Source: Promethearchaeota archaeon (lineage in GTDB: Archaea; Asgardarchaeota; Lokiarchaeia; Sigyniarchaeales; SOKP01). From it: a DNA stretch of 64,000 bases. The notes under the pieces are model-generated. The model did no database searches and was not told where the DNA came from. It was given only the letters and a program-made list of their open reading frames with translations. The stretch lies in the NCBI GenBank assembly GCA_019057865.1, contig JAHLWP010000003.1:128001-192000 (forward strand), written 5' to 3'. Numbering within the stretch: the first letter of the stretch is position 1; every line of letters begins with the position of its first letter. A program made the position numbers and the translations under genes. Positions 48,865-59,226 of the stretch are shown one piece after another.

Positions 48865-50046
48865 TTAGTCAAATGTAATTTTAGCACCACAATATCTGCA
48901 AGCTTTGATTTCATTTTTCATTTTTTCAAGACATGGTTCATGATAATAAGAATGACATATTTCACATTGATAGACTTTAAAATCTCCTAAAAAGATACTA
49001 TGGCAATATGAGCATGATTGATCGATTCTATCTACATTTTCTTCTGGAATTAATAACATCTCTGTAGTTTGGCTTATATTATCCTCTAATATTGTTATTT
49101 TTTGAGCACTCTCAGCTTTTTCTTCTAGTAGTTTTAGTGTGGATTTTGGCAATTCTAACAAAAAAAAACAAAAGGGGCATCGAAATACTTTTTCGGTATA
49201 TTCCGTTTTTTTTGCCCACATTGCAGCACAAGACAGATGCATAGGTCTACCACATGATGTGCAATATCTTCCTTCTGAAAAGAAGTCTGATCCTGTTATG
49301 GGAGCTTTAAGTGAATGGCATATTTGGCATTTCTGTTGACTTCGATCTTTTCCACTCATCATTAAACTAATTTCTAAGACAGTAGGTCTTCTCAAAGGAA
49401 GAGCAATTTCACTAATCAAGGGGGGAATTTTATCTTGCTTATCAGGAGAAAAGTAATCTATTTCATCTTTTAATTCTTTTTTTGAAGCGTAAGATTTTCC
49501 AGCATTTATTAGTTCTTTTGAATTATTGAAAAAGCCAAATTTTCCCTTCGTAATCTTAGTTATTCTTTCTAATATGCTCAATTGGTAATCTTGTGTCACC
49601 CCTAATTGGCAAACATCGATATATATTCCCAATCCTTTAGCAATATTAATAATTTGTTCTATCTTTATAGGATCAATTTGTAATTTATTATCACTTATTA
49701 TGAAAATCCTTGGCACTTTACCACTTATTTTTCGCATTTCTTCAATAAGCATTTGCATAGCAAAAGCTAATCCGTCATGTAAACGTCCTTTACCTGAGAT
49801 TTGAATTTTTGTCAAAGATTCTATTAATTTATCTGAATTGTAAGCAAAGGAGATTACCATTTTAGGAGCTTCCCCAAAAGTCAATATCGAAATCCTATCT
49901 TTTAAGTCAATTGATAATTTGGATTGAATAAAATTTCTAGCTGTCTGAAGTTCAACTATAAGTCTATTAGGTTTAAAGTCTCTTCTTAACATAGACCTTG
50001 AAGTATCAAGAAGAAGGACTGTATCCTCTATTTTAAAGTCTTGCAA
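48865..50046 (-). CDS. VWA domain plus two C4HC3 RING-like fingers (TFIIH p44/Ssl1-like)
   Basis: LLDTSRSMLRRDFKPNRL; CQIC..CTSC....HLSC..CPFC; CSYC..CEIC....HEPC..CRYC. Confidence 0.8.
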   Translation of the reverse strand: MQDFKIEDTVLLLDTSRSMLRRDFKPNRLIVELQTARNFIQSKLSIDLKDRISILTFGEAPKMVISFAYNSDKLIESLTKIQISGKGRLHDGLAFAMQMLIEEMRKISGKVPRIFIISDNKLQIDPIKIEQIINIAKGLGIYIDVCQLGVTQDYQLSILERITKITKGKFGFFNNSKELINAGKSYASKKELKDEIDYFSPDKQDKIPPLISEIALPLRRPTVLEISLMMSGKDRSQQKCQICHSLKAPITGSDFFSEGRYCTSCGRPMHLSCAAMWAKKTEYTEKVFRCPFCFFLLELPKSTLKLLEEKAESAQKITILEDNISQTTEMLLIPEENVDRIDQSCSYCHSIFLGDFKVYQCEICHSYYHEPCLEKMKNEIKACRYCGAKITFD

Positions 50047-50097
50047 ATTTTCTTCGATACCATTATTTAAATAAGAATTAAATTAGGAAAATTTTGT

Positions 50098-51459
50098 TTA
50101 TTTATAATTTAAATAATTATAACCAAATAATGTGTAAATTTTGATAGCATCAATATAATCTTGAATTTCGATATTCTCATTTATTGCATGCATTTCATTA
50201 GCACTTCCAGGCCCAAAATGAATAGTTTTTTCACAATATCCACTATTACGATAAAAATGGGCATCGGTTGCTCCTGGAGCAATAAAAAAGAAAGATTCTC
50301 TATTATAAACTTTTTCTACAACTTCCTTTAATTTTTTTACCATTTCGGATTTATGATATTCTTTCCAGATTGAAGATGGTCCATCATGATAAATTTCTAA
50401 AGAGACAAAAACTTCCTTTGGAACATCTGAAGATACATCTTGTACTTCGAAACCAATATGGTCTATTAATTTTTTTAAACCTTCTAAAATCATTCCTGCT
50501 GTTTGTCCGGGTAATAGCCTAAAGTCAATGATCGCTTCACAGTGATCGGGAATAATATTTTCTTTAATACCACCTTCAATCATATTTACACTCTTAGTAA
50601 ATACGGTTAGTGATTTCATTATGTTTCGTAATAAAGGCTGATCATTATATATACGGTTAAAGATTTCTTCATTTGGAAAAACTTTATTAACCAGTTTCTT
50701 TAGTTCCTCTAATGAAAGTGGTGGATCAACTTTTGGAACAAATTCATCCAGTTTATCTAAATTTTCTATTATTTTACTCATCATATAGATGGCATTTTCA
50801 CCCATAAAAGGTACCATGGAATGAGCTGGTTTTCCATTTGTAATTACTTTTATTAGAAGATGACCTTTTTCACCAAAAATTATTGTTTTTGGGAGTGGAG
50901 ATAGTCCACTAGGTTCTCCAATTAAAACAAAATCACATTTAATTGATCTTGGTTTTAGAATATTTTCCAAACACCACCCTGTTCCTAATGTACCACCCGT
51001 TTCTTCGTCTGCAACTGCATTTACAATTAAATTTCTTGATGTCTTAATCCCAATTTTTTTCAATATTGTTAATGATATCACCATCGCCGCTAATGCTGCT
51101 TTCATATCCACTGTCCCTCTCCCATACATATACTTTTTACGTTTGATAAACGCAGAGAGAGGAGGATATTTCCATTCCTCTTCAATTCCCGGAGGAACTA
51201 CATCCATATGTGCATTATATAAAAGATTCTTTCCCTTGAAATTATCATTAAGAAAAGTGATTAAATTTGCTCTATTGTCTCCAAAGGGAAAAATTTCACA
51301 ACCTATACCTGCGTCCTTTAAATATTTTTCAATTTTTAAGGCAACATTTTTTTCATTTCCAGGAGGATTATAGGATTCTGTTGCTATTAATTCTCTTAAA
51401 AAGGTGATGTAATCTTCCCTATTTTTATCAATTTCATTTAAAATTTTTTCTTCAGTCAT
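50098..51459 (-). CDS. M20 metallopeptidase (ArgE/DapE family)
   Basis: AHMDVVP, GRGTVDMK, DEETGG, GEP, GATDA, MHAINE. Confidence 0.93.
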   Translation of the reverse strand: MTEEKILNEIDKNREDYITFLRELIATESYNPPGNEKNVALKIEKYLKDAGIGCEIFPFGDNRANLITFLNDNFKGKNLLYNAHMDVVPPGIEEEWKYPPLSAFIKRKKYMYGRGTVDMKAALAAMVISLTILKKIGIKTSRNLIVNAVADEETGGTLGTGWCLENILKPRSIKCDFVLIGEPSGLSPLPKTIIFGEKGHLLIKVITNGKPAHSMVPFMGENAIYMMSKIIENLDKLDEFVPKVDPPLSLEELKKLVNKVFPNEEIFNRIYNDQPLLRNIMKSLTVFTKSVNMIEGGIKENIIPDHCEAIIDFRLLPGQTAGMILEGLKKLIDHIGFEVQDVSSDVPKEVFVSLEIYHDGPSSIWKEYHKSEMVKKLKEVVEKVYNRESFFFIAPGATDAHFYRNSGYCEKTIHFGPGSANEMHAINENIEIQDYIDAIKIYTLFGYNYLNYK

Positions 51460-51624
51460 ATAACCTTTAATAATATTGATCTCTTAATTGAGTTTTTGTT
51501 ATATTGTGAAACTTTAGAATATTTTGATATAACTTAAAACAAACTAAAAAATTTAAAAAATTTAGGAAATTTTAATATTTTTAATTAATTTAATAATCAA
51601 AAACTAGATATTACAGTTGATTTA

Positions 51625-54600
51625 TTGATTCGACGTAAAAAAGAAATAAAGCGTATTTTTGTCGTAGTATTTTTCATAAGTTTAATATTTATAACTAATA
51701 TACAAATTCTAACCAATTTAAATTTAGAAGAAGAAAATAATAATTTTGAGAATAAAGAAATAGAAACCTTACCTTTAAGTAGTGATATAGATTATACCAT
51801 CATTGGTGCTGGAGATGATCAAAATGTTCGGATTTATACAAGTAATATGTCTGAAAATACCAATGATATTCAGGAGTATTTTGAAATTCCATCACTCTCT
51901 TCGGAAGAAATGTATCTTACGTCTGGAGATTTTAATTTTACATTTCAAAATAATTATACAACAGAATATATTATAGAAGATGATAGTGCCCTTTATGCAG
52001 AAGATTTTATCTCTTATCAATTTAATCCTAGTACAATGTATTCTGAACTGCAGGAACCAATAAATAATGGAATAGTCTATGAGGGAGATTTTGATGACTT
52101 AACAGATATCAATGATAACACATATTATTGGATTGGTGCCGATAATGGGGTTATAAATTTCACAATTGACGCAGGTTATACGGAATTATCTAACTACTAT
52201 AACTTGCCATTTAATAAATCAAAAATCTTAGGTTTTATCGCATCTATGAGATTAAGTGCTAATCAAGATGCTAATTTAACTATCAGATTGTATGATGATG
52301 TTAATTCTAACTGGGTGACTGTAGTAGATGCTATTTCAATTGAAGGTGATTCAGTTATTCGAGCAATTGAAAGTCGATCTATCAATACAAATTTAAACTT
52401 TATTGACTCCACAGACAGTGTCTATATTCAATATATTTTTGAGCGTTCTGACCTCGGATATTTCGAAATTAGAGCGCGTAAATTTGATATGCGAGCGATC
52501 TATCCCCTTGATTTACCAATTACAGACCAGGAATATGTTGCATTAGAATTCGATTTGAAAGGAGAAAAGTCAACTGTCAACGGATTTTATGCCTGGATTC
52601 GCACACTCGATGTTCAAGAAGCAATTAATGCGGAATTAAACATAACACTTTATAAAGCAAATGCAACATTGATTCGAGATTTTGATGTAGATCCTTGGGG
52701 GGATAATCTACGAACGGTAAATATACAACCAAATATGAATTTTACCTCATTAATCGATTCCTTTGTAATTAGTTATAGTGGGGACAACCTATCTTATTTC
52801 CCATTTAATACGGATAATACTAAGGATTTGGAATTATACAATTATTTCATAGTTATTAAATGTAACATTTCTAATCCGATTTATAGTTTAGTGACCCTAC
52901 CTTGGACTAATTTCGGAGATAATAGAACTGAACATCAACTAAAAACTACTGAAAATAATGGTTTTACATGGAATAATGCTGTAAAAGAAATAATACCAGG
53001 GTTTTTTACTTCTCCATTAGATGCAAGTTCTTTTAAACTAAATGTTTCTAGAGGATATATGCCATCCGATTTTGGAGATGATGGTTTAAAAATCCAAGAT
53101 TATTCTATTGAAAATGTAGTAAATAAATCTAAAACACCTTATTTAGAATGGGGTATAGGCCGATGGAACCATACATTTTCAACGCCTATTGATGATAATG
53201 TCGATCGATTCCAAGTTGATCTCTCATGGAATAAATCTATTATTGAGGGTTTCAAATTTAATGTTTCCTATTCTGTAAATGCATATTGGGTTGAAGGTGC
53301 TACATCCACTTATTATGCAAGTTATAGTGAATCTCCAAAATGGACTTTTAATTTTAGTTTTATTAAAGCTAGTCCAAATTTTAATAATTGGAATTTTCAA
53401 GAGTTTTGGTTCGTTTATAATGATTATTTCACTGCGAATAACTTAACAAAACCAGGTGATATAGAAATATTACCTGAAGTAGGAGGAGAATTTGAGTTAA
53501 CTGAAATGCAAAATAAGATAGTGGTAAACGCAACTGTTGCTAATATTGGAGGGATTTATTCCTTGAATTTAACAAGTTTCAATTTTATTTCCGAAATGCA
53601 TAGTTATATTAACTATAAAGAAATTTTTTGGGAATCAAATGGTTTTATGTATGGAGATGATATAATTGTAAGTGTTGATATACAAGATAATCATCAAAAT
53701 GCCCCAAATCCCACAACTGGATATGCAAATGTAACTTTCTATGATCCAAATGGAGTCCTAATTGCTCAAAAAGAATCATCGAATGGTGTAATTCATGATT
53801 CTGTACTTTCATATGATTTTAACAATGATACTATCTTTTCTGTAAATACGAGTATTTCTGAGTTTGGAGAATATCATTTAGGATATTTTTGGGAAAATGG
53901 TTCTGCTGTTGGCTGCAATAAAATTACTATTTACATCGATTATTATGACCTTGAATTAGAAGGTTGTAATTATTCATCATATAGGGAACAAAATATTCTT
54001 AGTGGAAAGATAAATAATAAAGTATTTGATAACTATACTTTGTTAATTGCATCTATAAATGAAACAACAGGTATTTCACAACCTGGTTTTTATCCTATTA
54101 ATAATTCTGATTTAGATGAGCAAATTATTTATGAGATTGGAGGTAATCAATTACCTATTTTAATTGAAACTTTCATGCAAAGTCAAGATATATTAAACCC
54201 CGAAGAAGTGGTTAATATTAAAACAAAAATTTCTAATATGCATGAATTTATCCCTATTGATATATCTGTAAATGTCAGATTTGTATCTTATATTAATGAA
54301 GAATGGATTATCGCGAATGCAACTTCAAGTACAGTTAGCCTAAATTTTTCAGGGCATCCAGATGATTCGTATGAATTTGATATTGATTTGACAATACCAT
54401 CATTGAATAAAACTACAAAAGTGTGGGAAGGTGTAAATGCCCCAGTTAGATTGGGGGGCGTTAAAACATTGGTAACTATCTTTGTTGGAAATGATATTGC
54501 AGGAATATTTGAAAGTAGCTATTATTCACTACTTAGTAATGAAACAAGCAATAATTTTGATGGAAATATAATAGCTTTAAGAATTGCTGAAGAAACTCCA

Positions 54601-55737
54601 AGCTGGTACATTTTAAATGGTTTTGAGAGAGATGAATGCTTATATTTACCAAATAAAACATCCTTTTTAATTAATATAATAGATAAAAATTATGTAAGCT
54701 CATATAATCAATTTTATTATCAATTTTCCCTAATTCTTAACAGTAAATTTAACAATATTATTATAGATCCTGAAAATCCCATTAATGGACAAGTTTTTAA
54801 TCTTAGCTCTGTTTTAACTACAGAGTTTGGAGATATATTGTTAAATGAAAGTGTTTCTTGTCATCATTATGAATCTAATTCATGGGTTTATATTGACTCA
54901 GATTTTACAGATATTAATGGTTCTACAACATTTTCAATTGATACTAAGACCCTCAATTTCGAAGATTATATATTACTAAGATTAAGTTGGGACGGTGATT
55001 CATTAATAAATGGGGTATCTAAAAATGTAACAATAAATTTATTTATACAATCCAATAATCTTTCAATATCAATTCAACAAAATGAGGTTCTTATCTATAA
55101 GAATAGAGCTATTACAATATCTATTACTTTGAATAACATCGGAGAATCTATTTTGCAAATTTTGGAGAAAAATATCGATATTCAGGTCAATGATGGGCTG
55201 CAATATTCAATCGTAGAAATAGATTATACAACACTAAATCGGTTTACACCTGGAGAATCTTCTCTTGTAATGATTAAGATAGGAATACCTGAAATTAAAA
55301 AACTAAATATTTCAATTTCCATTACTGCTCAAAATATCATAACAAATGAAAATATTACAGTTAGCAAACAAACGACTTTTGATGTATTTGATCCTCCCTT
55401 CTATGATTACTTTATTGAATATCTAATTTTTCTAATAATAGGTTCATTTGGATTGATTTGGATCATAACTTTACTTTATGCGAAGAGAATTAAAAAGAAA
55501 ATTGAAACACCAGTTGAAGAAGTAGCCAAAAAGAGACCAAGAAAAGCAAAATATGTATTAGTGTCTGATTTGAAAAAAGAACCAACAAAAAAACCTAAAA
55601 AACTTACTCCCATACCTAAAAAAATTCCAGAAGAAATAGAAGAACCAAAGGAAGTTAAAAAGAAAAAAGTTACTGATTTAGATTCTTTATTAGAAGAAAA
55701 AGGGCTAAGTGACAAAAAGAAAAAAGCTAAAAAATAA
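51625..55737 (+). CDS. Large type-I membrane surface glycoprotein
   Basis: N-terminal signal/anchor; about 1200-aa N/S/T-rich beta-type ectodomain with many N-x-S/T sequons; one TM helix near the C-terminus; Lys-rich tail. Confidence 0.8.
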   Translation: MIRRKKEIKRIFVVVFFISLIFITNIQILTNLNLEEENNNFENKEIETLPLSSDIDYTIIGAGDDQNVRIYTSNMSENTNDIQEYFEIPSLSSEEMYLTSGDFNFTFQNNYTTEYIIEDDSALYAEDFISYQFNPSTMYSELQEPINNGIVYEGDFDDLTDINDNTYYWIGADNGVINFTIDAGYTELSNYYNLPFNKSKILGFIASMRLSANQDANLTIRLYDDVNSNWVTVVDAISIEGDSVIRAIESRSINTNLNFIDSTDSVYIQYIFERSDLGYFEIRARKFDMRAIYPLDLPITDQEYVALEFDLKGEKSTVNGFYAWIRTLDVQEAINAELNITLYKANATLIRDFDVDPWGDNLRTVNIQPNMNFTSLIDSFVISYSGDNLSYFPFNTDNTKDLELYNYFIVIKCNISNPIYSLVTLPWTNFGDNRTEHQLKTTENNGFTWNNAVKEIIPGFFTSPLDASSFKLNVSRGYMPSDFGDDGLKIQDYSIENVVNKSKTPYLEWGIGRWNHTFSTPIDDNVDRFQVDLSWNKSIIEGFKFNVSYSVNAYWVEGATSTYYASYSESPKWTFNFSFIKASPNFNNWNFQEFWFVYNDYFTANNLTKPGDIEILPEVGGEFELTEMQNKIVVNATVANIGGIYSLNLTSFNFISEMHSYINYKEIFWESNGFMYGDDIIVSVDIQDNHQNAPNPTTGYANVTFYDPNGVLIAQKESSNGVIHDSVLSYDFNNDTIFSVNTSISEFGEYHLGYFWENGSAVGCNKITIYIDYYDLELEGCNYSSYREQNILSGKINNKVFDNYTLLIASINETTGISQPGFYPINNSDLDEQIIYEIGGNQLPILIETFMQSQDILNPEEVVNIKTKISNMHEFIPIDISVNVRFVSYINEEWIIANATSSTVSLNFSGHPDDSYEFDIDLTIPSLNKTTKVWEGVNAPVRLGGVKTLVTIFVGNDIAGIFESSYYSLLSNETSNNFDGNIIALRIAEETPSWYILNGFERDECLYLPNKTSFLINIIDKNYVSSYNQFYYQFSLILNSKFNNIIIDPENPINGQVFNLSSVLTTEFGDILLNESVSCHHYESNSWVYIDSDFTDINGSTTFSIDTKTLNFEDYILLRLSWDGDSLINGVSKNVTINLFIQSNNLSISIQQNEVLIYKNRAITISITLNNIGESILQILEKNIDIQVNDGLQYSIVEIDYTTLNRFTPGESSLVMIKIGIPEIKKLNISISITAQNIITNENITVSKQTTFDVFDPPFYDYFIEYLIFLIIGSFGLIWIITLLYAKRIKKKIETPVEEVAKKRPRKAKYVLVSDLKKEPTKKPKKLTPIPKKIPEEIEEPKEVKKKKVTDLDSLLEEKGLSDKKKKAKK

Positions 55738-55782
55738 TTTTTTTCTGACCTAAATTACTATTTTTTAATAAGAAAAATAAAA

Positions 55783-56151
55783 TTATAATTTAGAAATTGA
55801 AATCAAATTACGTTTAAGTAGGCCTAATGAGGCTTTACCATCAAGGCCAGCTAGAGCAATTAATGCATTTTTATCTGAACCACCCACTAAAACAGCAAAG
55901 CCATTCTCAAACTCGATAGTTGTAGTTTTTAAACCCCCTTTTCCAATGTCGCTTCCTAAATTATTAGAATCCTTGATAATTGCGGCACACGCCTTTGCAA
56001 TTTTCCCATGGTCCATTTCAGTTATGGTCTGACCAACTATTACTTTCCCTTGTGAATCAGCAGCAATCAAACCTTCACACTCAGGAACTATATCCATTAA
56101 TTCTGCTAATTTTTTTTCAAGTTCTTTTTTATTCATAAAAATACTGCTCAT
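55783..56151 (-). CDS. Roadblock/LC7 domain protein
   Basis: GLIAADSQGKVI...IAKACAAI...LKTTTIEFENG...SLGLL. Confidence 0.85.
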   Translation of the reverse strand: MSSIFMNKKELEKKLAELMDIVPECEGLIAADSQGKVIVGQTITEMDHGKIAKACAAIIKDSNNLGSDIGKGGLKTTTIEFENGFAVLVGGSDKNALIALAGLDGKASLGLLKRNLISISKL

Positions 56152-56297
56152 ATAAAATAATTTTTATCGTCTTTAATTCTGAAATAAGTTACTTTGATTG
56201 GTTAAGATATTATCTTAAATATATATATAATTTAAAGAAATTTAAACTTATCAAATATATAAAAAAGGAAAATTGAAAAATTTACACTTTATAAAAT

Positions 56298-56594
56298 TTA
56301 TTTTAAAATAATTAAAATTAGGTTCTCCTCTAACGCCACCATAGTTTCTTGTGATTTCCCACCTGTAGCCGTCTCTAATCGTATGAATTTCAATGTCCCC
56401 TCTTTTAATGCTTCAACAACTTGCTTTCCTTTCCCAATGAGTGATGTAACATAAGCAGCTACTTCTTCACTTATTTCTATATCCATATTCGAATCTATCG
56501 GCAAGCCCGATGAATCACATATAATTACTCCCCTAACACCTTCGCGTTCCTCGAAGCGTCGGATGATTGACTTCACTTCAGCACGATTTATAAT
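56298..56594 (-). CDS. Roadblock/LC7 domain protein (putative ATT start)
   Basis: EGVRGVIICDSSGLPIDS...VAAYVTSL...FIRLET. SD AGGTGT lies 7 nt before ATT 56594; the track start is GTG 56576. Confidence 0.88.
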   Translation of the reverse strand: MINRAEVKSIIRRFEEREGVRGVIICDSSGLPIDSNMDIEISEEVAAYVTSLIGKGKQVVEALKEGTLKFIRLETATGGKSQETMVALEENLILIILK

Positions 56595-56713
56595 CTCAAC
56601 TACACCTTCAAGATATATTCTAATTTTTAATATTATAATAGATTTAATATTTTTAAAAATTTATATTAAAGATATTCTTTTTTGAATAAGACTTAATATT
56701 TTTATAAATTAAA

Positions 56714-57157
56714 ATGGAAAAAATTGAAGCTTTATATATAATAAATGGGGAAAGTCAACTTATCTTTTCTTATGAAAGCCTTAATGAACGATCTGATGAC
56801 TTTGATTATTCAAATATCTCTCGATTTTTTTCTGTAATCAAAACTTTTGCTTTAAAGATTGGGAAAAAAGAGGCTAAAATAATTGAACTTGGAAATAGTA
56901 AGATATTCAAAACTTTGGATGATGAATATAAGATTGAAGTTATTTTAAAATGTGATAAAAACATAAAAGAAAAAAAGGCTTCAATCAATTTAAAAAAAAT
57001 TCTAAATTTATTTATTAACTTATTTATTGGGTATTTTAATTCATCTTTGCGAACAAAAAAAGAAAGAATGGAATTTTTCATAAAAGAAATATCTTTTATA
57101 TTTGGAGGAAGCGGAAAGGTGAATTACTTTTTAGAAAATATTAAAATTTTTACTTGA
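56714..57157 (+). CDS. Longin-like domain protein
   Basis: IEALYIINGESQLIFS...ISRFFSVIKTFA..IG...IELGNSKI...F pattern typical of longin folds. Confidence 0.65.
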   Translation: MEKIEALYIINGESQLIFSYESLNERSDDFDYSNISRFFSVIKTFALKIGKKEAKIIELGNSKIFKTLDDEYKIEVILKCDKNIKEKKASINLKKILNLFINLFIGYFNSSLRTKKERMEFFIKEISFIFGGSGKVNYFLENIKIFT

Positions 57158-57170
57158 ATAGAACTTTAGC

Positions 57171-57803
57171 TTATAAAAAGAATTGTTTAAAAGAATTACT
57201 TGCTCGTTCTTCTCCTATTGTAGATAACCCCATATGACCTGGACACATAAGAAAATTATCTGTAAGTTCTGGATTATACATAATTTTGTGTTTAATTGAT
57301 TCAAATAAAAGATTTTGATTTCCGCCACGAAGATCTGACCTCCCTACACTCCTTCTGAAAATTAAATCTCCTGAAAATAGTATTCCATCAATTTCTTGAC
57401 CATTAAATTCTTTAACATCTTTTGAATAGAAACATAATCCACCAGGTGAATGTCCCGGGGTCTCTAATATATTGATTAAAATGTCCCCTACTTTTAGAGT
57501 ATCTCCTTGCTTTAACCACTTATTTGCTTGTCTTTGAGTATATATCCCCGATTCATATTCTTTCTTATTGTACATTAGTGGAATTTTATGATATCTTAAA
57601 ACTTTACCTATTTTCATTGAATGATCGAAGTGTCCGTGTGTTAATAAGACAGCTATAGGTTTTGCATTCAAATTCTCTATTGTATTAATTATTGTGGTTG
57701 TATCATCAGCTGGATCAATAATTACTATTTCTCTTGTAATTTCTGAACCAAAAATATAGCAGTTTGTTTCAAGCGGACCAACAACAAGCCTTTTAAATAT
57801 CAA
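57171..57803 (-). CDS. Metallo-beta-lactamase-fold hydrolase (glyoxalase II-like)
   Basis: THGHFDH, TPGHSPG, FSGD, GRSDL, PGH. Confidence 0.92.
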   Translation of the reverse strand: MIFKRLVVGPLETNCYIFGSEITREIVIIDPADDTTTIINTIENLNAKPIAVLLTHGHFDHSMKIGKVLRYHKIPLMYNKKEYESGIYTQRQANKWLKQGDTLKVGDILINILETPGHSPGGLCFYSKDVKEFNGQEIDGILFSGDLIFRRSVGRSDLRGGNQNLLFESIKHKIMYNPELTDNFLMCPGHMGLSTIGEERASNSFKQFFL

Positions 57804-57907
57804 TATCTTTATATCCTTTAACCTGAGAATTTATTTTTTGAATTGAAAAGAAAAAATGAAAAAGTTTTTAATTTAATTATTGATAATTACCAGTTTTAAG
57901 ATTTTCA

Positions 57908-58195
57908 CTAGTTGCTTTTAATCAAATCACTGATTTCATGTAATTTCTTATAAACCTCTAAGCCTTTCTTTGTAAGTTTTATGTATTTTACTTTATTATT
58001 CTGTTCAATTTCAATAAGACCTTTTTTGATTAGGTCTTCTTTCACTCTAAAGAATGAATTATAGTACGAGAATTTGTTCAGCTCATTATAAAATGTGTGC
58101 TTATCTACTTTATGGTCTTTAGATTGCATTAGGACTTGGAAAGTGTCCCTGAAACCTTTCTTTTTAAGGAAAAAAATCAAATCTTGAAAAGTCAA
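57908..58195 (-). CDS. Small winged-helix protein
   Basis: DLIKKGLIEI....KYIKLTKKG wing motif. Confidence 0.75.
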   Translation of the reverse strand: MTFQDLIFFLKKKGFRDTFQVLMQSKDHKVDKHTFYNELNKFSYYNSFFRVKEDLIKKGLIEIEQNNKVKYIKLTKKGLEVYKKLHEISDLIKSN

Positions 58196-58461
58196 TTCTT
58201 CTATACCTAATTAAATAATTAAATTTATACTAAATTGTAATTAGAAAAAATTATGAATATTAAAAAAGCTTTTGATTATTTTTAAAAAATATTATCAGTA
58301 TTGATCAAAAGAATTTATTAATTTAAATACAAAGATTGTATCTTAGTCGAAATTTATTGAAATGATTTTAAAAATACCTTTCACTGAATTTATTTAAATG
58401 ACTAAAAATATCACTAATTTTATAAAAATTATAATTTTATTTAAAAGGTTTATTAGAATTT

Positions 58462-59226
58462 ATGAGAATTGGAGGAATTATTGATATAAGTACTAAGGAC
58501 ATTCCTAATAGATCTTCAATGGTAATTTTTACAGTTGGTTGTAATTTGAGTTGTAGTTTTTGTCATAATAAATACCTATTACAACCAAATGTAGGAAAAG
58601 ATATGGTAATTAATGAAGTGCTTAAACAAGTTAGGAGTAATCTATTAATTAGTGGGGTTAGTATTAGTGGAGGAGAACCCACACTTCAACAAGATTTGAT
58701 AGATTTATGTAGAGAAATTAGAAAAATTGGTAAGTATTTAAGTTTAGATACAAACGGGACTACACCTCATATTATTAAAAAATTACTCCCATATATTAAT
58801 AGAATTGCTTTAGATTTAAAAGGACCATTAAAAAAAGAACGATATAAAGAAATTACTGGTGGAAATATCGATCCCAACCTAATAATTGAAACATTTAATC
58901 TTGTAAATAAACAAAAAGATATTGATCTTGAAATTAGAACAACATATGTGGAAAACTTAATTGTGCCAGATGATATTCATGAAATAATTGCTTTTCTTAA
59001 AAAAAATGAATTTAATGGAATCTTTGTACTTCAACAGTATCAATATTCTGATGGTGTAGGTGAAGGTTTAAAAAATAATTTTCAAAAACCTGAACATTTA
59101 TTTTTACTCAATATTCTTAATCCATATAAAGATGTAAAACTACCATTTAAAATATTCCTAAGAGATGAAATTGTAGGATATTCTAATATAAATAAATTAT
59201 TTGAACTAACTCTTGATGAATTATAA
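58462..59226 (+). CDS. nrdG: Anaerobic ribonucleotide reductase activating-type radical SAM protein
   Basis: GCNLSCSFCHN, SGGEPTLQ, LDTNG, LDLK, EIRTT, LQQY. Confidence 0.8.
   Translation: MRIGGIIDISTKDIPNRSSMVIFTVGCNLSCSFCHNKYLLQPNVGKDMVINEVLKQVRSNLLISGVSISGGEPTLQQDLIDLCREIRKIGKYLSLDTNGTTPHIIKKLLPYINRIALDLKGPLKKERYKEITGGNIDPNLIIETFNLVNKQKDIDLEIRTTYVENLIVPDDIHEIIAFLKKNEFNGIFVLQQYQYSDGVGEGLKNNFQKPEHLFLLNILNPYKDVKLPFKIFLRDEIVGYSNINKLFELTLDEL

Noticed and set aside
55714-55737. C-terminal KKKKAKK as a COPI dilysine signal
   Set aside because: Position -3 is Ala, so it fits neither KKxx nor KxKxx, and Lys-rich ends are common in this AT-rich genome.
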